Origin: Octopus sinensis
Lineage: Eukaryota
Reading direction: 5' to 3'
Assembly (NCBI RefSeq): GCF_006345805.1
Contig: NC_043002.1
Span: forward strand, 78,740,001-78,804,000
Length of the DNA stretch: 64,000 nt
Part shown: positions 51,559-64,000 of the stretch, in pieces
Numbering within the stretch: position 1 is the stretch's first letter
Layout of the letters: every line of letters starts with the position of its first letter
Position numbers and translations under genes: made by a program
The notes under the pieces: generated by a model
The model's input: the letters and a program-made list of their open reading frames with translations, nothing else
Told to the model about the DNA's origin: nothing
The model's database searches: none

Positions 51559-54359
51559 CATATATAAACATATATATACATACATATACACATCTGTCTT
51601 ATTTAAATTCACGATCATATAATCTTCATTTAAACCACCATTACCATTTTCATTCAAATCCAGCATTATACAGCTTTCATTTAAATGCACTCAAGACACC
51701 AGACTTTTCTCATCCTGTCGCCTTGTGTCTCCTACACTAAACCCTTTCATTCCTTTGTGTTTAGAAAGTAATTTATTTTGAATTCCCATCTAATTCAAAT
51801 TTTCCATTCAAACTCTCACAACACAAAGTGCTACAATAATTTCTGTGAGTTACCAGGTGGGGCTGCATGGTAAGAAGTTTGCTTCCCAGCCATATGGTTT
51901 CAGGTTCAGTCCTGCTGGGTGACACCTTGGGCAAGTGTCTTCTGCTATAACCTTGTGAGTAGATTCGGTAGACAGAGACTGAAAAAGGGTTATCATGTGT
52001 GTGCGTATATGTGTGTGTGTGTGTGTGTTTTCATATGTGAGCATAGGTGTGTTTGTGTCTCCTTGTCTCTAAATATTGTCATACAAACAGTTTTATACAT
52101 TTCCAATCTGGCCATAGAAAATCTGCTTTGATAAATTCCATCTGACCCATGCAAGCATAAAAAAGTGGATGTTAAAATGAGGAAGATGATGATGACGGTG
52201 ATGATGATGACAATGACGATGACGATGACGACGATGATGATGACGATTTCCATCCCCGCAAAACCAAAAAAGGTTGTACAGATAAAATATTTAGATGCAA
52301 ATACAACTGTATCTCACATAATATAATGAGTTGAAAAGCTTCAATAAAATCATATAAACCAAACAATTAATAGACAAAGGCTAGCAGAAAAGATGTGTAA
52401 AACCAAGACAAACAAGAAAGACAACTCATGCTAGATGACAGACAATACAGATAGGAATGGATCTAGTCTTGATAGCCAACTGGTCAAAGCAATAGACAAG
52501 TTTTGATCATATTAGACCTTCTCAGTGAAATATATTATACTACTTTATGAGGCAAAAACTAAAAATAGTATAAAAGCTGCTTAAATTTTAATCTTTTCAA
52601 TACTATATTTGCAGGGCCAGATTAAGACACATACAGGCCCTAAGCACTAAAAAAATTTCAGTTTCCCCATATATATGTAATTCAAAATATAAACCATGTT
52701 AAACCATAAAATGAAATTCTATTTCTTCAATATGAAACAAAACTAAACAGTAAGATGGAAAATAATGTTTATTTTTGTATCCTTCCACTTTATTTATATT
52801 TGAAAAGTTTTCTTCCCTTTTTTATTTGTAAAGTCTTTGATCAAATCCTTAAAATTAATATTACATAACACATCTGCTTCAAAACATAGTAGAGATAGGG
52901 CATCCTGAATATTGTTTTAGCAAGTTTAAAGTCATTGCTTTTGTGCCATAAACCATTTATCAATTCTGTAGTACTTCTGTTCCCTTCATGTCCTAAACAT
53001 GTGCTTATTTTGATTAATGGTTAATCCAGCGCTCTATATTTGTAATGAAACACTAAGATTTTAAATTGATTATAAAAATAAATTAGTCTTGTTTTTTAAT
53101 ATAACATGACATAAGTTTCTTATATAAAATTTTGATTGTAGATTATTCCTATTTAAATATGAACACTTTAATATGGGTGGATTTGTAAAATAGAACAAGA
53201 AGCAGATTCAGACTTTAGCACAATGCTCTACATAACATTAATCACTCAAAGTTGGAGTAAGAATGGTGTCTATTTTCATGAAGTTGACTGAAATAAGTTG
53301 AATGAGGACTAAAGTATCTTTTGTATGTTGTTTACATCGTATTATTGTGACTTCCATCTTTTATATGTGCAGCTATTTAATTTTATTTTTATCTACAAGG
53401 TTGCCTGGCCAATGGGGTAACCTCTGTATAGTCACCAAGCCAATGATGGAGCCTTATTGTAGTTGCCAATCCAACAAGGAAGCCTCAACGTGGTTATTCG
53501 AGATGCTAGAAACTGCAGTCAAATCTTCTTCAACTCGCACCCTAAAGTTATGGTTCTTAACTAAAATCTATATGACCTCTGTGTAGGGGATCCATTTCTT
53601 TGAGTTCATTCAAGCAAAATAGTGAATTAGGGATCCATAGTAGCAGTTTAAGAGTCCATGGAAAATTTTGATTTAAATGTATTTGATGCAAGAAACAGTT
53701 AGGTTTCTTTCTCTAATGTTTTGCATAGTTCAATCTACACAAGCTAATGTGTGAATAGCAAAATAGGCATTTTGAAAGAAGTGTTTATAAAATTAGTTTT
53801 TAAACATCAATCGGCTATGGGGGTCCACCAGAATAGAATGGCAAAAAAAAAGGGTGGGGGACATAAGGTAAAGGCACATTGAATAACGTAGTCCTATATT
53901 CCCCTAAAAATTGGGATGGTCACAGCTGGAATACTTTTAATTTTAGCTTACTCATTCAGGATTGACCAGGGGTTAAATAACAACAACAACTTTAATTTGC
54001 ATCTACACAATAACATGCATTTTTTTTCCTCCTTTCAATTCATGCAAGGTCAGCTAAAACATACAAGAATAAAATGTAAAATTTAATCTTGTGAAATTGA
54101 TATTTTTTAAAATCCGCCTCAATTTCAAGGATGAAAGCTAATTTAAGCTGTGAATGAGAAACCATATATCCTCAAAAGAAATTGGATTGATCAAACATTG
54201 CTTGAAGTGTTAAAATTTCACAGAAGTAACCTTATAAAATGACATTTTTTTTCTTCTTTTTAATATCTGCATATCTGCAGATTGTAGGAAATGCTGTGTT
54301 GCGTGTTACTGCAAATATGTCTTACACACATACATACATACATACATACATACATACAT

Positions 54360-54398
<39 letters not shown>

Positions 54399-55773
54399 CA
54401 TACATACGTACATACATACATACATACATACACACATACACACACACACACATACAAACACACATGGATACATACATACACATATGGATATGTGTGTGTA
54501 TGTGTGTGTGTGCATGTGTGCGTGTGTCTGTGTGTGCATGCATGTATGTATGCATGCATACATGTATGCATGTATGTATATATGTATGTATGTATATATG
54601 CTTGGGTTGTTTTTTTTTGTTTTTTTTTGTTTCATCTGTTTTTCTGTTTACAACTTTACATCATTTACTTATTTACTTTCAAGTTTCTATGGGTGGGATG
54701 GCTTTTTATTGGAGCAATTGCTTTTACAGATGGATAAACCCTTCCTATTGTTAAAACACTCAACTGTGAACCTGGAATAAATAGATATTTCATTGGTTTT
54801 GACGATGAGCCTTCCAGTTGTTCCATCAACTTGATTGCTTGTTCATTGATTGACTATATGAATGGCTGGATATTCCACTGACACTTGTGCACTAAATGTA
54901 TTAATCTACAAGCAGAATCAATGTAATTCAGTGCATGATAAGGTTGGCCTTTTGAATTACAGGTCAGTCTATCCAATAGGCCCTCCACATAAGTTTCTGT
55001 CTTCCCTAGGCTTGGGTCAGCCCAAAGTTCTGGCAGAAGACACAATGTAGGATCAAACCCAGAACCTTGTGAATGCAAAGAGAACTTTTGAATCACTTAA
55101 CTTTGTCTGTTGCAATGAAGTATGAATAGAAGCATTTGAATAAACTGATACAAATAAGAGTTGTTCATAATCAAGGACTCAACTCAATAGGAATATAGTT
55201 TGAATCATAAATATTGTATCTGGAAAAAGTATTTCTAAAGTGGTAGGTTATGAATCAAATAGCAAGTATTCTTGTTTCTGCTAAGCCCCAGATCAGCCCT
55301 GTTGAGCCAACGTATGAAAAGAATTCAAAGAAAGACCACAATGTCTTTTGTAATATTTTCAGGGCTACAGCATTCCAATTTATCCCTATTTTCTAAGATA
55401 TAGTGAAAGTTAAAAAAAAATTTTTTTTTACTAGTTTCAGTCATTTGACTGTGGCGATGCTGGAGCACTGCCTTTAGTCAAGCAAGTCGACCCCAGGACT
55501 TATTCTTTGTAAGCCTACAACTTATTCTATTGGTCTCCTTTGCCGAACTGCTAAGTTACGGGAACGTAAGCACACCAGCATCAGTTGTAAAACGATGTTG
55601 GGGGGACAAACACAGACACATAAACATATACACACACATACATATATACATTTATATACATATATACGACGGGTTGGGAAACGAACTTCTTATCAGTCAT
55701 GTTTTTGCCTTTACACACACACACATACACGAGCATATATCCGTATATAATGTGTATATATAATATTTATATA

Positions 55774-55842
<69 letters not shown>

Positions 55843-56039
55843 TATATATATGGATGGACAGGCAGATAGATAGACAAACAGATGGACAAAAGGATGAATG
55901 GACAAACAGTCTGACAGACAGATAGACATACATATTGCTAAATATACATCTACATACATAAATCAAATATGCTCACAAAACAATGTAAATGTCTCCAAGA
56001 TACACTTAGAAGCCAATAATTTATTCTACCTTTAAAACA

Positions 56040-57420
56040 TTTCGTAAATGAAGGATCAGTCTCTGAATAAAACCCCATCCGGTGTGCCTATGGGTTCAGT
56101 AATTTCTCTCACACTCTTTATTCTGTACATTAATATCCTGCTTATTGTCTTTTCCAACAACAGATGCTCTTATACAGGTAATATCAGATAGACTTCAATT
56201 CCCTTTAATCTTCCCAATACAACCCCATTCACACCCAATCTAAACCCCTCTTGTCAGACAGATTCTGAATATATGAATAGTGATCTTGTGAGCATCTTGC
56301 AATAAGGACCAATTACTTTACATATCAAAGAAACAGAATTGTATCTCACACTCCCTAATTTTGAATAACTTTTACTAACTACTGAAGCCCTTTATCCCTT
56401 ATTGAGCATAGGTCATTGATGACTTTTCTCTCTTCTTGACTATGGGCTGTCTTTCCCTGCAGGAAGGCCCTTCTCTCCCAGGTCTCCTGGTATTGTGTTG
56501 GCATTGAGGCTTCTGTAACATTGTTTTTTTTTCTAGATATAGGTGTTGTCCCTATGTAGATCCATTATTATCTCTGTGAAGAGGTGGTCCATATTAGAAT
56601 GGCCTCTGTCCTTTGACTTGTTCAGCATGGGAAACCTTAACAGGAGCATGTTCTCTGCTGACATAGCTCTCAGGGTCATCAAGGCTCATAAACCACCATA
56701 CCATAACAAGGCCTGGACCATGCGGTGGAGTTATGAATAACATACCTAAGTCAAAAGCTCTCGAGACTTCCACAAATGTGAAGCCACACAATATTTTATG
56801 GTCTTTCTTGGTGACCCTACATACATAAACATAGCTAAAACTGCATCTCAAAGATTGGCTTTCTTGTTTGGGGCCAGAAAATACTTCAACTCTGATCTAT
56901 CAATTTCTTCAAATCATGTTCTACTATCTTAAAAAAGCAACAATGAAGGATACATTTACCAAATGTACTCCTAGATAGACAAAACCCCACCAAAAGACTA
57001 AACAAAAACAACAAAACTCAGGCTGGTTATGGCTGAAATAAGACACACAGTGCAGTATTGCTCTTACATTTGGAACAATGCTGACCTTACATGCATAAGT
57101 ATCCTAGGTGAATCTAAAAGAAGGCCATTTGTTTGATTGTCATAGATTCACCCATCAAAATGTTTCAAATACTAGCATACAGCCATGTTGTTATTTTTCT
57201 CTCTGCTTCTTCTACAATAACTACTACATTGACCTCCAGTTCCCTAAAAGGGCTATCTACATGCAGTCCTCTCCCCAAGCCTGCTCATCTTTCTCTTCCC
57301 AATGTGTTCATTGTGTCTCAACCCCCAGCCATCCCACTAAACTCTTCCTCCACAGAACTATAACCCTTTGGAATTTTCTTGCTACTCATGTTTTTGTTCC
57401 AACAGCCCTAATCTAGGGAT
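56040..57420 (+). mobile_element. Decayed CR1/Jockey-type LINE RT pieces, interrupted by another repeat at ~56400-56850
   Basis: SGVPMGSVISLTLFILYIN near 56095; ...LFLHRTITLWNFLATHVF near 57340-57400. Confidence 0.6.
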
Positions 57421-57929
57421 GTTTAACATTTTTTAAACCAATCCACCAAAGACTATTCCTGGTTTTGTAATATAAACACCATTTGAGCATGGCCAGTGGC
57501 ACGTAAAAGCACCCACTACACTCTGAGAGTGATTGGTGTTAGGAAAGGCATCCAGCTGTAGAAACTCTGCCAGATCAGATTGGAGTCTGGTGCAGCCATC
57601 TGATTCACCACACCTCAGTCAAATTGTCCAACCTATGCTAGCATGGAAAGTGGACGTTAAATGATGATGATGATGATGATGTTTCAAAGTGATTTAAATT
57701 AAAATCTTGCATCAAAACTTCATGTGAATTAACATGCATGGAACATGTTAAGTTCCATACACCAGCTTAACAACGACAAAGTTATTTTTCAAAATACTTA
57801 ATCATGTATAAAAACTAACGAAAACAGAAGTATGGTAACAAAAGGTTAACCTGAACACCAATTACATAGATCTCTCTAATCTGAGATGACCTGGATAAGT
57901 ACTGAGTACTGCCCTCTATGACTATATTT

Positions 57930-58320
57930 CTTTTACTCTTTTACTTGTTTCAGTCATTTGACTGTGGCCATGCTAGAGCACCGCCTTTAGTCAAGCAAAT
58001 CGACCCCAGGACTTATTCTTTGGAAGCCTAGTACTTATTCTATCAGTCTCTTTTTCCGAACTGCTATGTTACGAGGACGTAAACACACCAGCATCAGTTG
58101 TCAAGCGATGTTGGGGGGGGGGGACAAACACAGATGCACAAACATATATATACACACATAAATATATACATTTATATACATATATACGACAGGCTTCTTT
58201 CAGTTTCCGTCTACCAAATCCAATCACAAGGCTTTGGTCGACCTGAGGCTATAGTAGAAAACTGAACCCAGAACCATGTGGTTCGTAAGCAAGCTACTTA
58301 CCACACAGCCACTCCTAATA
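57930..58320 (-). mobile_element. SINE family A (a second, head-less copy follows at ~58445-58730)
   Basis: Colinear with the other copies. Confidence 0.8.
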
Positions 58321-59229
58321 TTTATTAGAGATAATGCTCCTAGATAATCTCATATCAAATCTTAATAGTCAGGTGAACCGATGTACATACAATTAATGCA
58401 AATGCAAGTATATCAAATACCATACAACATAAATTACTCTCTCTCTCTCTTTTACTCTTTTACTTGTTTCAGTCATTTGACTGCGGCCATGCTGGAGCAC
58501 CGCCTTTAATTGAGCAACTCGACCCCGGGACTTATTCTTTTGTAAGCCCAGTACTTATGCTATCGGTCTCTTTTGCCGAACCGCTAAGTAACGGGGACAT
58601 AAACACACCAGCATCAGTTGTCAAGCAATGCTAGGAGGACAAACACAGACACACAAACACACACACGCATATATATATATATATACATATATACGACAGG
58701 CTTCTTTTCAGTTTCCGTCTACCAAATCCAAATTCTTGATTTATTAAAAGTACCTCTGCCAATAGAGAATGTGTCCTGATTACAAAATGGCAATTGAGAC
58801 CAGCTCCATAAGAGAAGGTGAGATAACCTCAAAAATCAAGAATTTTCCGAAGTTGGTATGCCATTAAGGAAAAGGACACGATTATTATTTAAAGATAAGA
58901 AGACAGTTGTGGGCACATATTTCTGCTTCAGTAGGCATCATCAGTACAATTACCAGTTGTTAATGGCCTCAATTGCTTTTTGGTTGTATGGTTTTTAATA
59001 TACTTATATTTGTCTATACTATTTATATGCATGCTACTGGTCACTCTCAGTTACTTTTCTTAGTTCATCTTTGTGCACAGTTAAGTTTATTGTCCAATTG
59101 CATGACAAAATACAATGGATTTGCGCTCAATATTTGTGGACTTGTAGTAAAGCTGTACCACATTTTACTTGGCCAGTTCACTTTTCTGTTATATTAACTA
59201 AAAAGTCAATATCAGGACCAATTATTCCA

Positions 59230-59720
59230 TTATTCATGATGATTGCCATCATCTGAAAGTGAGATGATGATGCTTTGGAAGGGGAAGAGGAGCAGGAAAA
59301 CTATAACAGTGGTAGTAGTGATAACAATGTTGTAAGTGATGTGATGAAAGCAGTTATTTTGGTGGTAATGGTTAAGTGGTTGTAGTATCAGTTGTGATGC
59401 TGGTGGTGGTGGTGGTGGTGGTTTGAGGGGAGGTGATGACAGTAATGAAGATAATGAGGAGGAGGAGGAGATGGTGGGCAATGATGATGGTAGTGATGGT
59501 GGTGATATCTATGATTATGGTGGTGTTAATGGGAGTTAAAATGATGGTGGTGGTGGAGGTGGTGGTGGTGGTAGTAGTAGTACTAGTGATGATAAGAATG
59601 ATAATATGAAGCAAGAGGAGGAGGAGGAGGAGGTGGTGGAGTGGAGTGGAGATGGAGGTGGAAGAGGAGGAGGAGGGGGAAGAAGAAGAGGAAAGAAAGC
59701 ATGAAGACAATGAGGACAGT
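59230..59720. repeat. (GGT)/(GGA)/(GAT) low-complexity tract
   Basis: Read directly from the sequence. Confidence 0.85.
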
Positions 59721-61312
59721 GATATTTGTTTAAATGCAATGAGTGTATAAATTAGAAATTGTTTAAATGTCTTACAGAAAATTAAATAAAATGTAAAACT
59801 GACATTACATTTAAAATCAGCAGAAATAAGAATGGAATGGCAGAAATACAATTTTTATTTCTCAGATTCAAACAATAAAAGAAAGATTAAAAAATTTTTT
59901 TCATATATCATTTTTTTTTAATTAGAGAGGAAAATTTTTAGTGAAGATTTAATCTTTTAATTGCTACTATCTGAAATAAAAATCTATAAGACTTTTCCAA
60001 GTTCAGATCATCTGTAACCTCAACAAATTTTGTTTTAAACAAAGTAACTTTATAAATGATTTCATATGAAATACAGTACATAGTCAATATAACCAGATTC
60101 TCTGTATTATTAATATCCTACCTTGGTGCAAGATCACATATCTCTAGATAGAAGTGGATAGAATTGTTTATATGTGCCTGGTACTTATTTTATTAGCCTC
60201 AGGGGGTTAAAAATCAATGTTGGCTTTGGAAAAATTTGTAATCAGAATATAGAAGGACAAAAAGATCCTCAAAAACCATTTTGGCAAAACGACCCTTCTC
60301 AAATATACAATAATTATTGATGTTTTTTGTTCTTGATTAGCATAAATTAAATGACCAACATTCACAAGCTAACTTAGGGGCTTCTAAGTGCTTACACAAT
60401 CTGCTGGAAATAGTAGTCAAATCTCTATCAGATCATATACTACTGTTTTAAAAAAGAAGGCAAAGCCTCAAGCTACATAAATATTGAAGGCCCCTTGTTA
60501 AAAAAATGACTGCAGATGATTTCTCAAAAATTGAATTTGCACTCAACATAGGAAATAGTATCAAGATTCAATTTATTAGTTCTTCTGGTCAGCAGTGTGT
60601 CATTAGAAAATAGAGTAAAAATGGAAGATTAAAACATTACAGAGCAATATATTTGCCATTGCTCCATATACATTCACAGACAAACACCAACACAGACACA
60701 TACAGATATGTATGTATATATGTGCATGTGTGTGAGCATGTGTGCATGTATGCATGTATGTATGCATGTATGTGTGTGTGTATACAAATACACACACCAC
60801 ACACATATAGACAAATACACACACATAGACACACACACACACACACACATGACAGGTTTCTTTAAGTTTCTATCTACCATATTTACTCACAAAGCTTAGT
60901 TTGACCCAGGGTTTTAGTAGAAAACGCTTGCCCAGGAAGCCATGATATGAGACTGAACACACTACAACATGATTGGGAAGGAGTCTTTTTAACCACACAC
61001 ACCAATGCCTGCATCATTCTGTATAAAATCCATGTATGCTCTTCTAAAGTAGATAGATTTTAGAAGGCTTTGGCTGAGAGATGAGTAATATTCAAAAGCA
61101 TGGAAGTGCATAAATTGAGGCTATTTTACTTTCATCGTCATTTCCTGTTATCTCCACCTGAGTGCTATCTCCATGGGTGCATGTGTTGTACATTACCAAT
61201 AACTGTACATATATATGTGAGTATGTGTGTGTGTATATATATATGTGTGTATGTATATATATATGTATATAAATATATACACATCTCTCTCTCTTTTCTC
61301 TCTCTCTCTCAC

Positions 61313-61346
<34 letters not shown>

Positions 61347-61350
61347 TATT

Positions 61351-61483
<133 letters not shown>

Positions 61484-61663
61484 CATATATATATTCATAT
61501 ATATATATACAGACACATATACATAAATATATATGTATATATGCATGTGTTTATATAAAAATGTCACTTTAAATTGGAGTAGTATATATATTATGACATA
61601 TTATTATATAGTTACTGTACTGTACTATATATATATATGTGTGTGTGTATATATATATGTATG

Positions 61664-61705
<42 letters not shown>

Positions 61706-62114
61706 TATACATATACGTATACACAGACATATAAGCATACACACATGTATGTGTGTATACATACATACATACACACACATAAACACACTCATGCACACAT
61801 GCACACACATACACACACACACACACACACGTATATATAAGCATACTTGCTGCTAGTAGTGTTCTTGAAAGAGTTAAAGGATTGCACCAGTGACAGAAAC
61901 ATCTGGTGCAGTAGCAGAGCAAATGAAGCAAAATGATTAGTAGAAAAGAATTTCAAATGCAGTCTTCGTTAATGTAGTCTAAAAGAATGTTTATTAAGAG
62001 AATTAGAAGGAATTGGTTTGACGGAAAACATTTTATGCATATCTATGCACATCAGCCTATGTGAAAATATTTGTGTATATGTATGTTTATATGCATATAT
62101 ATATATATATATAT

Positions 62115-62119
<5 letters not shown>

Positions 62120-62146
<27 letters not shown>

Positions 62147-62400
62147 TTAATGTCTGCTTTCCATGCTAGCATGGATTGGACGAATGACTGAGGGCTGGCG
62201 AACCAGATGGCTGCACCAGGCTTCAATCTTGATCTGACGGAGTTTCTACAGCTGGATGCCCTTCCTAACGCCAACCACTCCGAGAGTGTAGTGGGTGCTT
62301 TATACATGCCACCGGCACGGGGCCAGTCAGGCAGTACTGGCAACGACCTCGCTCGAGTCTTTTACACATGCCACCGGCACAGGTGCCAGTAAGGCGACAT
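62120..62400 (-). mobile_element. Family B LINE-tail element
   Basis: Reverse-complement copy with a (CAT)n tail. Confidence 0.8.
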
Positions 62401-62404
62401 ATAT

Positions 62405-62550
<146 letters not shown>

Positions 62551-62574
62551 TAGATAGATAGATAGATAGATAGA

Positions 62575-62880
62575 TTGTTGTTGTTTGTTCCTACTTCAGC
62601 CATGCCTGGCTCATAAGTTTCCGGTTTCCTTGGTATATATGTTCTCCACCTGGACGGGACGCTGGTCCATCGCAGGTGAGCTGCAAGATGCAGGAGGAAA
62701 AAGTGAGAGAAAGTTGTGGCGAATGAGTCAGCAGAAGTTTGCCATTATCTTCTGCCTGAGCCATGTTCGAGTTTAGGTGTTTCGCTCATAAACATACACT
62801 TCAGCCGGTCTGAGATATGAACCCGCGATCCTTCAACCGCAAGTCCGCTGCTCTAAACACTAGGCCATGTGCCTCCACAT
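62575..62880 (-). mobile_element. tRNA-derived SINE, family D
   Basis: Minus-strand head GGCACATGGCCTAGTGTTTAGAGCAGCGGAC...GGGTTCATATCTCAGACC; internal GATGGACCAGCGTCCCGTCCAGG; (AAC)n tail. Confidence 0.75.
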
Positions 62881-64000
62881 ATAGCTATATATATATATAT
62901 ATATATATAGATAGATATATACATATATATATACAGAGCACCACTACATTCACCCAGTGCCCCCAACTGCCATCTCTGCCTCCATGAAATATCCTCCAAT
63001 AACGCACAGTATCCATCAACAAGAGGTATGATTTGTCATATTGCTGTCACCAGAAAAATGCCGTTCTGACAAATTTCAGACCTCTGACCGCTGACAACCC
63101 GGATATATCACCTTAGCACCAGCTGCTACTTTGCACTGCCTGCACCAAGGTTACTGCTACCAACCAACTCCATGAGCTGGATCGCCATTTCCTAATTTCC
63201 AATGTTTACCAACCCCTAACACATACTAACCCCCAACACTTACCAATTCCCAACACTTGTTTTACACATGTACACTTGTGTATGCATGCATGCAAATGCA
63301 CATGTGCACCTGCATGTGTGTGTGCACACACACTCGTATCCATGTGTATGTATTATTTGACTTTTCACCATAAAAGGAAGATAGGGCTGGAAAGAAAATG
63401 CCTGACTGTGAAAACGTTTGAAAATCGATGGAAGAATGTAGCAGGGATGTTGTGAGTGAATGTAACCTCATGAATGCAACGCAGGACATATCTCAGGTAT
63501 CAGTGGCGAGGCAGGGCTCGTGGGGTTCAAATTGAACCCGCCTTCCCACTCCATCCGTAATGTCTTCCGGTCTGTCCTACCATTCGATTTATTTATATTT
63601 TTGTGAATTTTTAATGTCATCTTTATGTTATATCCATCTGTCCATCTGATCCCAATCAGATTGCATTGTCCCTTATCTATGTTGTCCCCTTGTGGGAAAT
63701 TTTAAAAAATCACTCGTATGCAAACAAATATACATATGTACATCTGAATGACTTCGCATGTGTGTGTTTGTATGTGTGTGCATGTGTGCATATGCATGTG
63801 TGTGCATGTGCATGTGTGTGTGTGTGCATGTGTGTATGTTCATCCATGTGTGTGTGTGTGTGCAGACATGCATGTGCACATATACAGATGCATGCACTCG
63901 CATCAATATACACATGCATGCAAGACTATATAAGTGCATCTGCTCACCCACTATACTGGCACATACTGCTCCTTCCTACTTCCACCCCAACAACCTGACC

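Overview
AT-rich, microsatellite-dense eukaryotic DNA; the repeat families resemble those of octopus (inference, not database-checked). Almost all supplied ORFs are translations of (TA)n/(CA)n/(GAT)n repeats. Real coding signal comes from decayed transposons: a Penelope-like element (RT + GIY-YIG), RTE and CR1/Jockey-type LINE fragments, two mariner remnants, a full-length DD37D (maT) element nested in a hAT MITE, a Tigger/pogo remnant and Helitron pieces. Several tRNA-derived SINE families occur in many copies. Most notable: (1) a nearly intact 417-aa gag/ORF1-like CCHC zinc-knuckle ORF (19683-20936, minus) with no RT or endonuclease, followed on the same strand by a hammerhead-ribozyme (HHR) motif; (2) six HHR-like motifs across the window, one near-canonical and two minimal ones with covarying stems; (3) a CDC27/APC3-like pseudo-fragment bracketed by a 20-bp direct repeat; (4) a 77-bp-arm near-perfect palindrome. 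No host gene could be identified with confidence. All alignments and folds were done by eye, and repeat boundaries are approximate unless termini are quoted.
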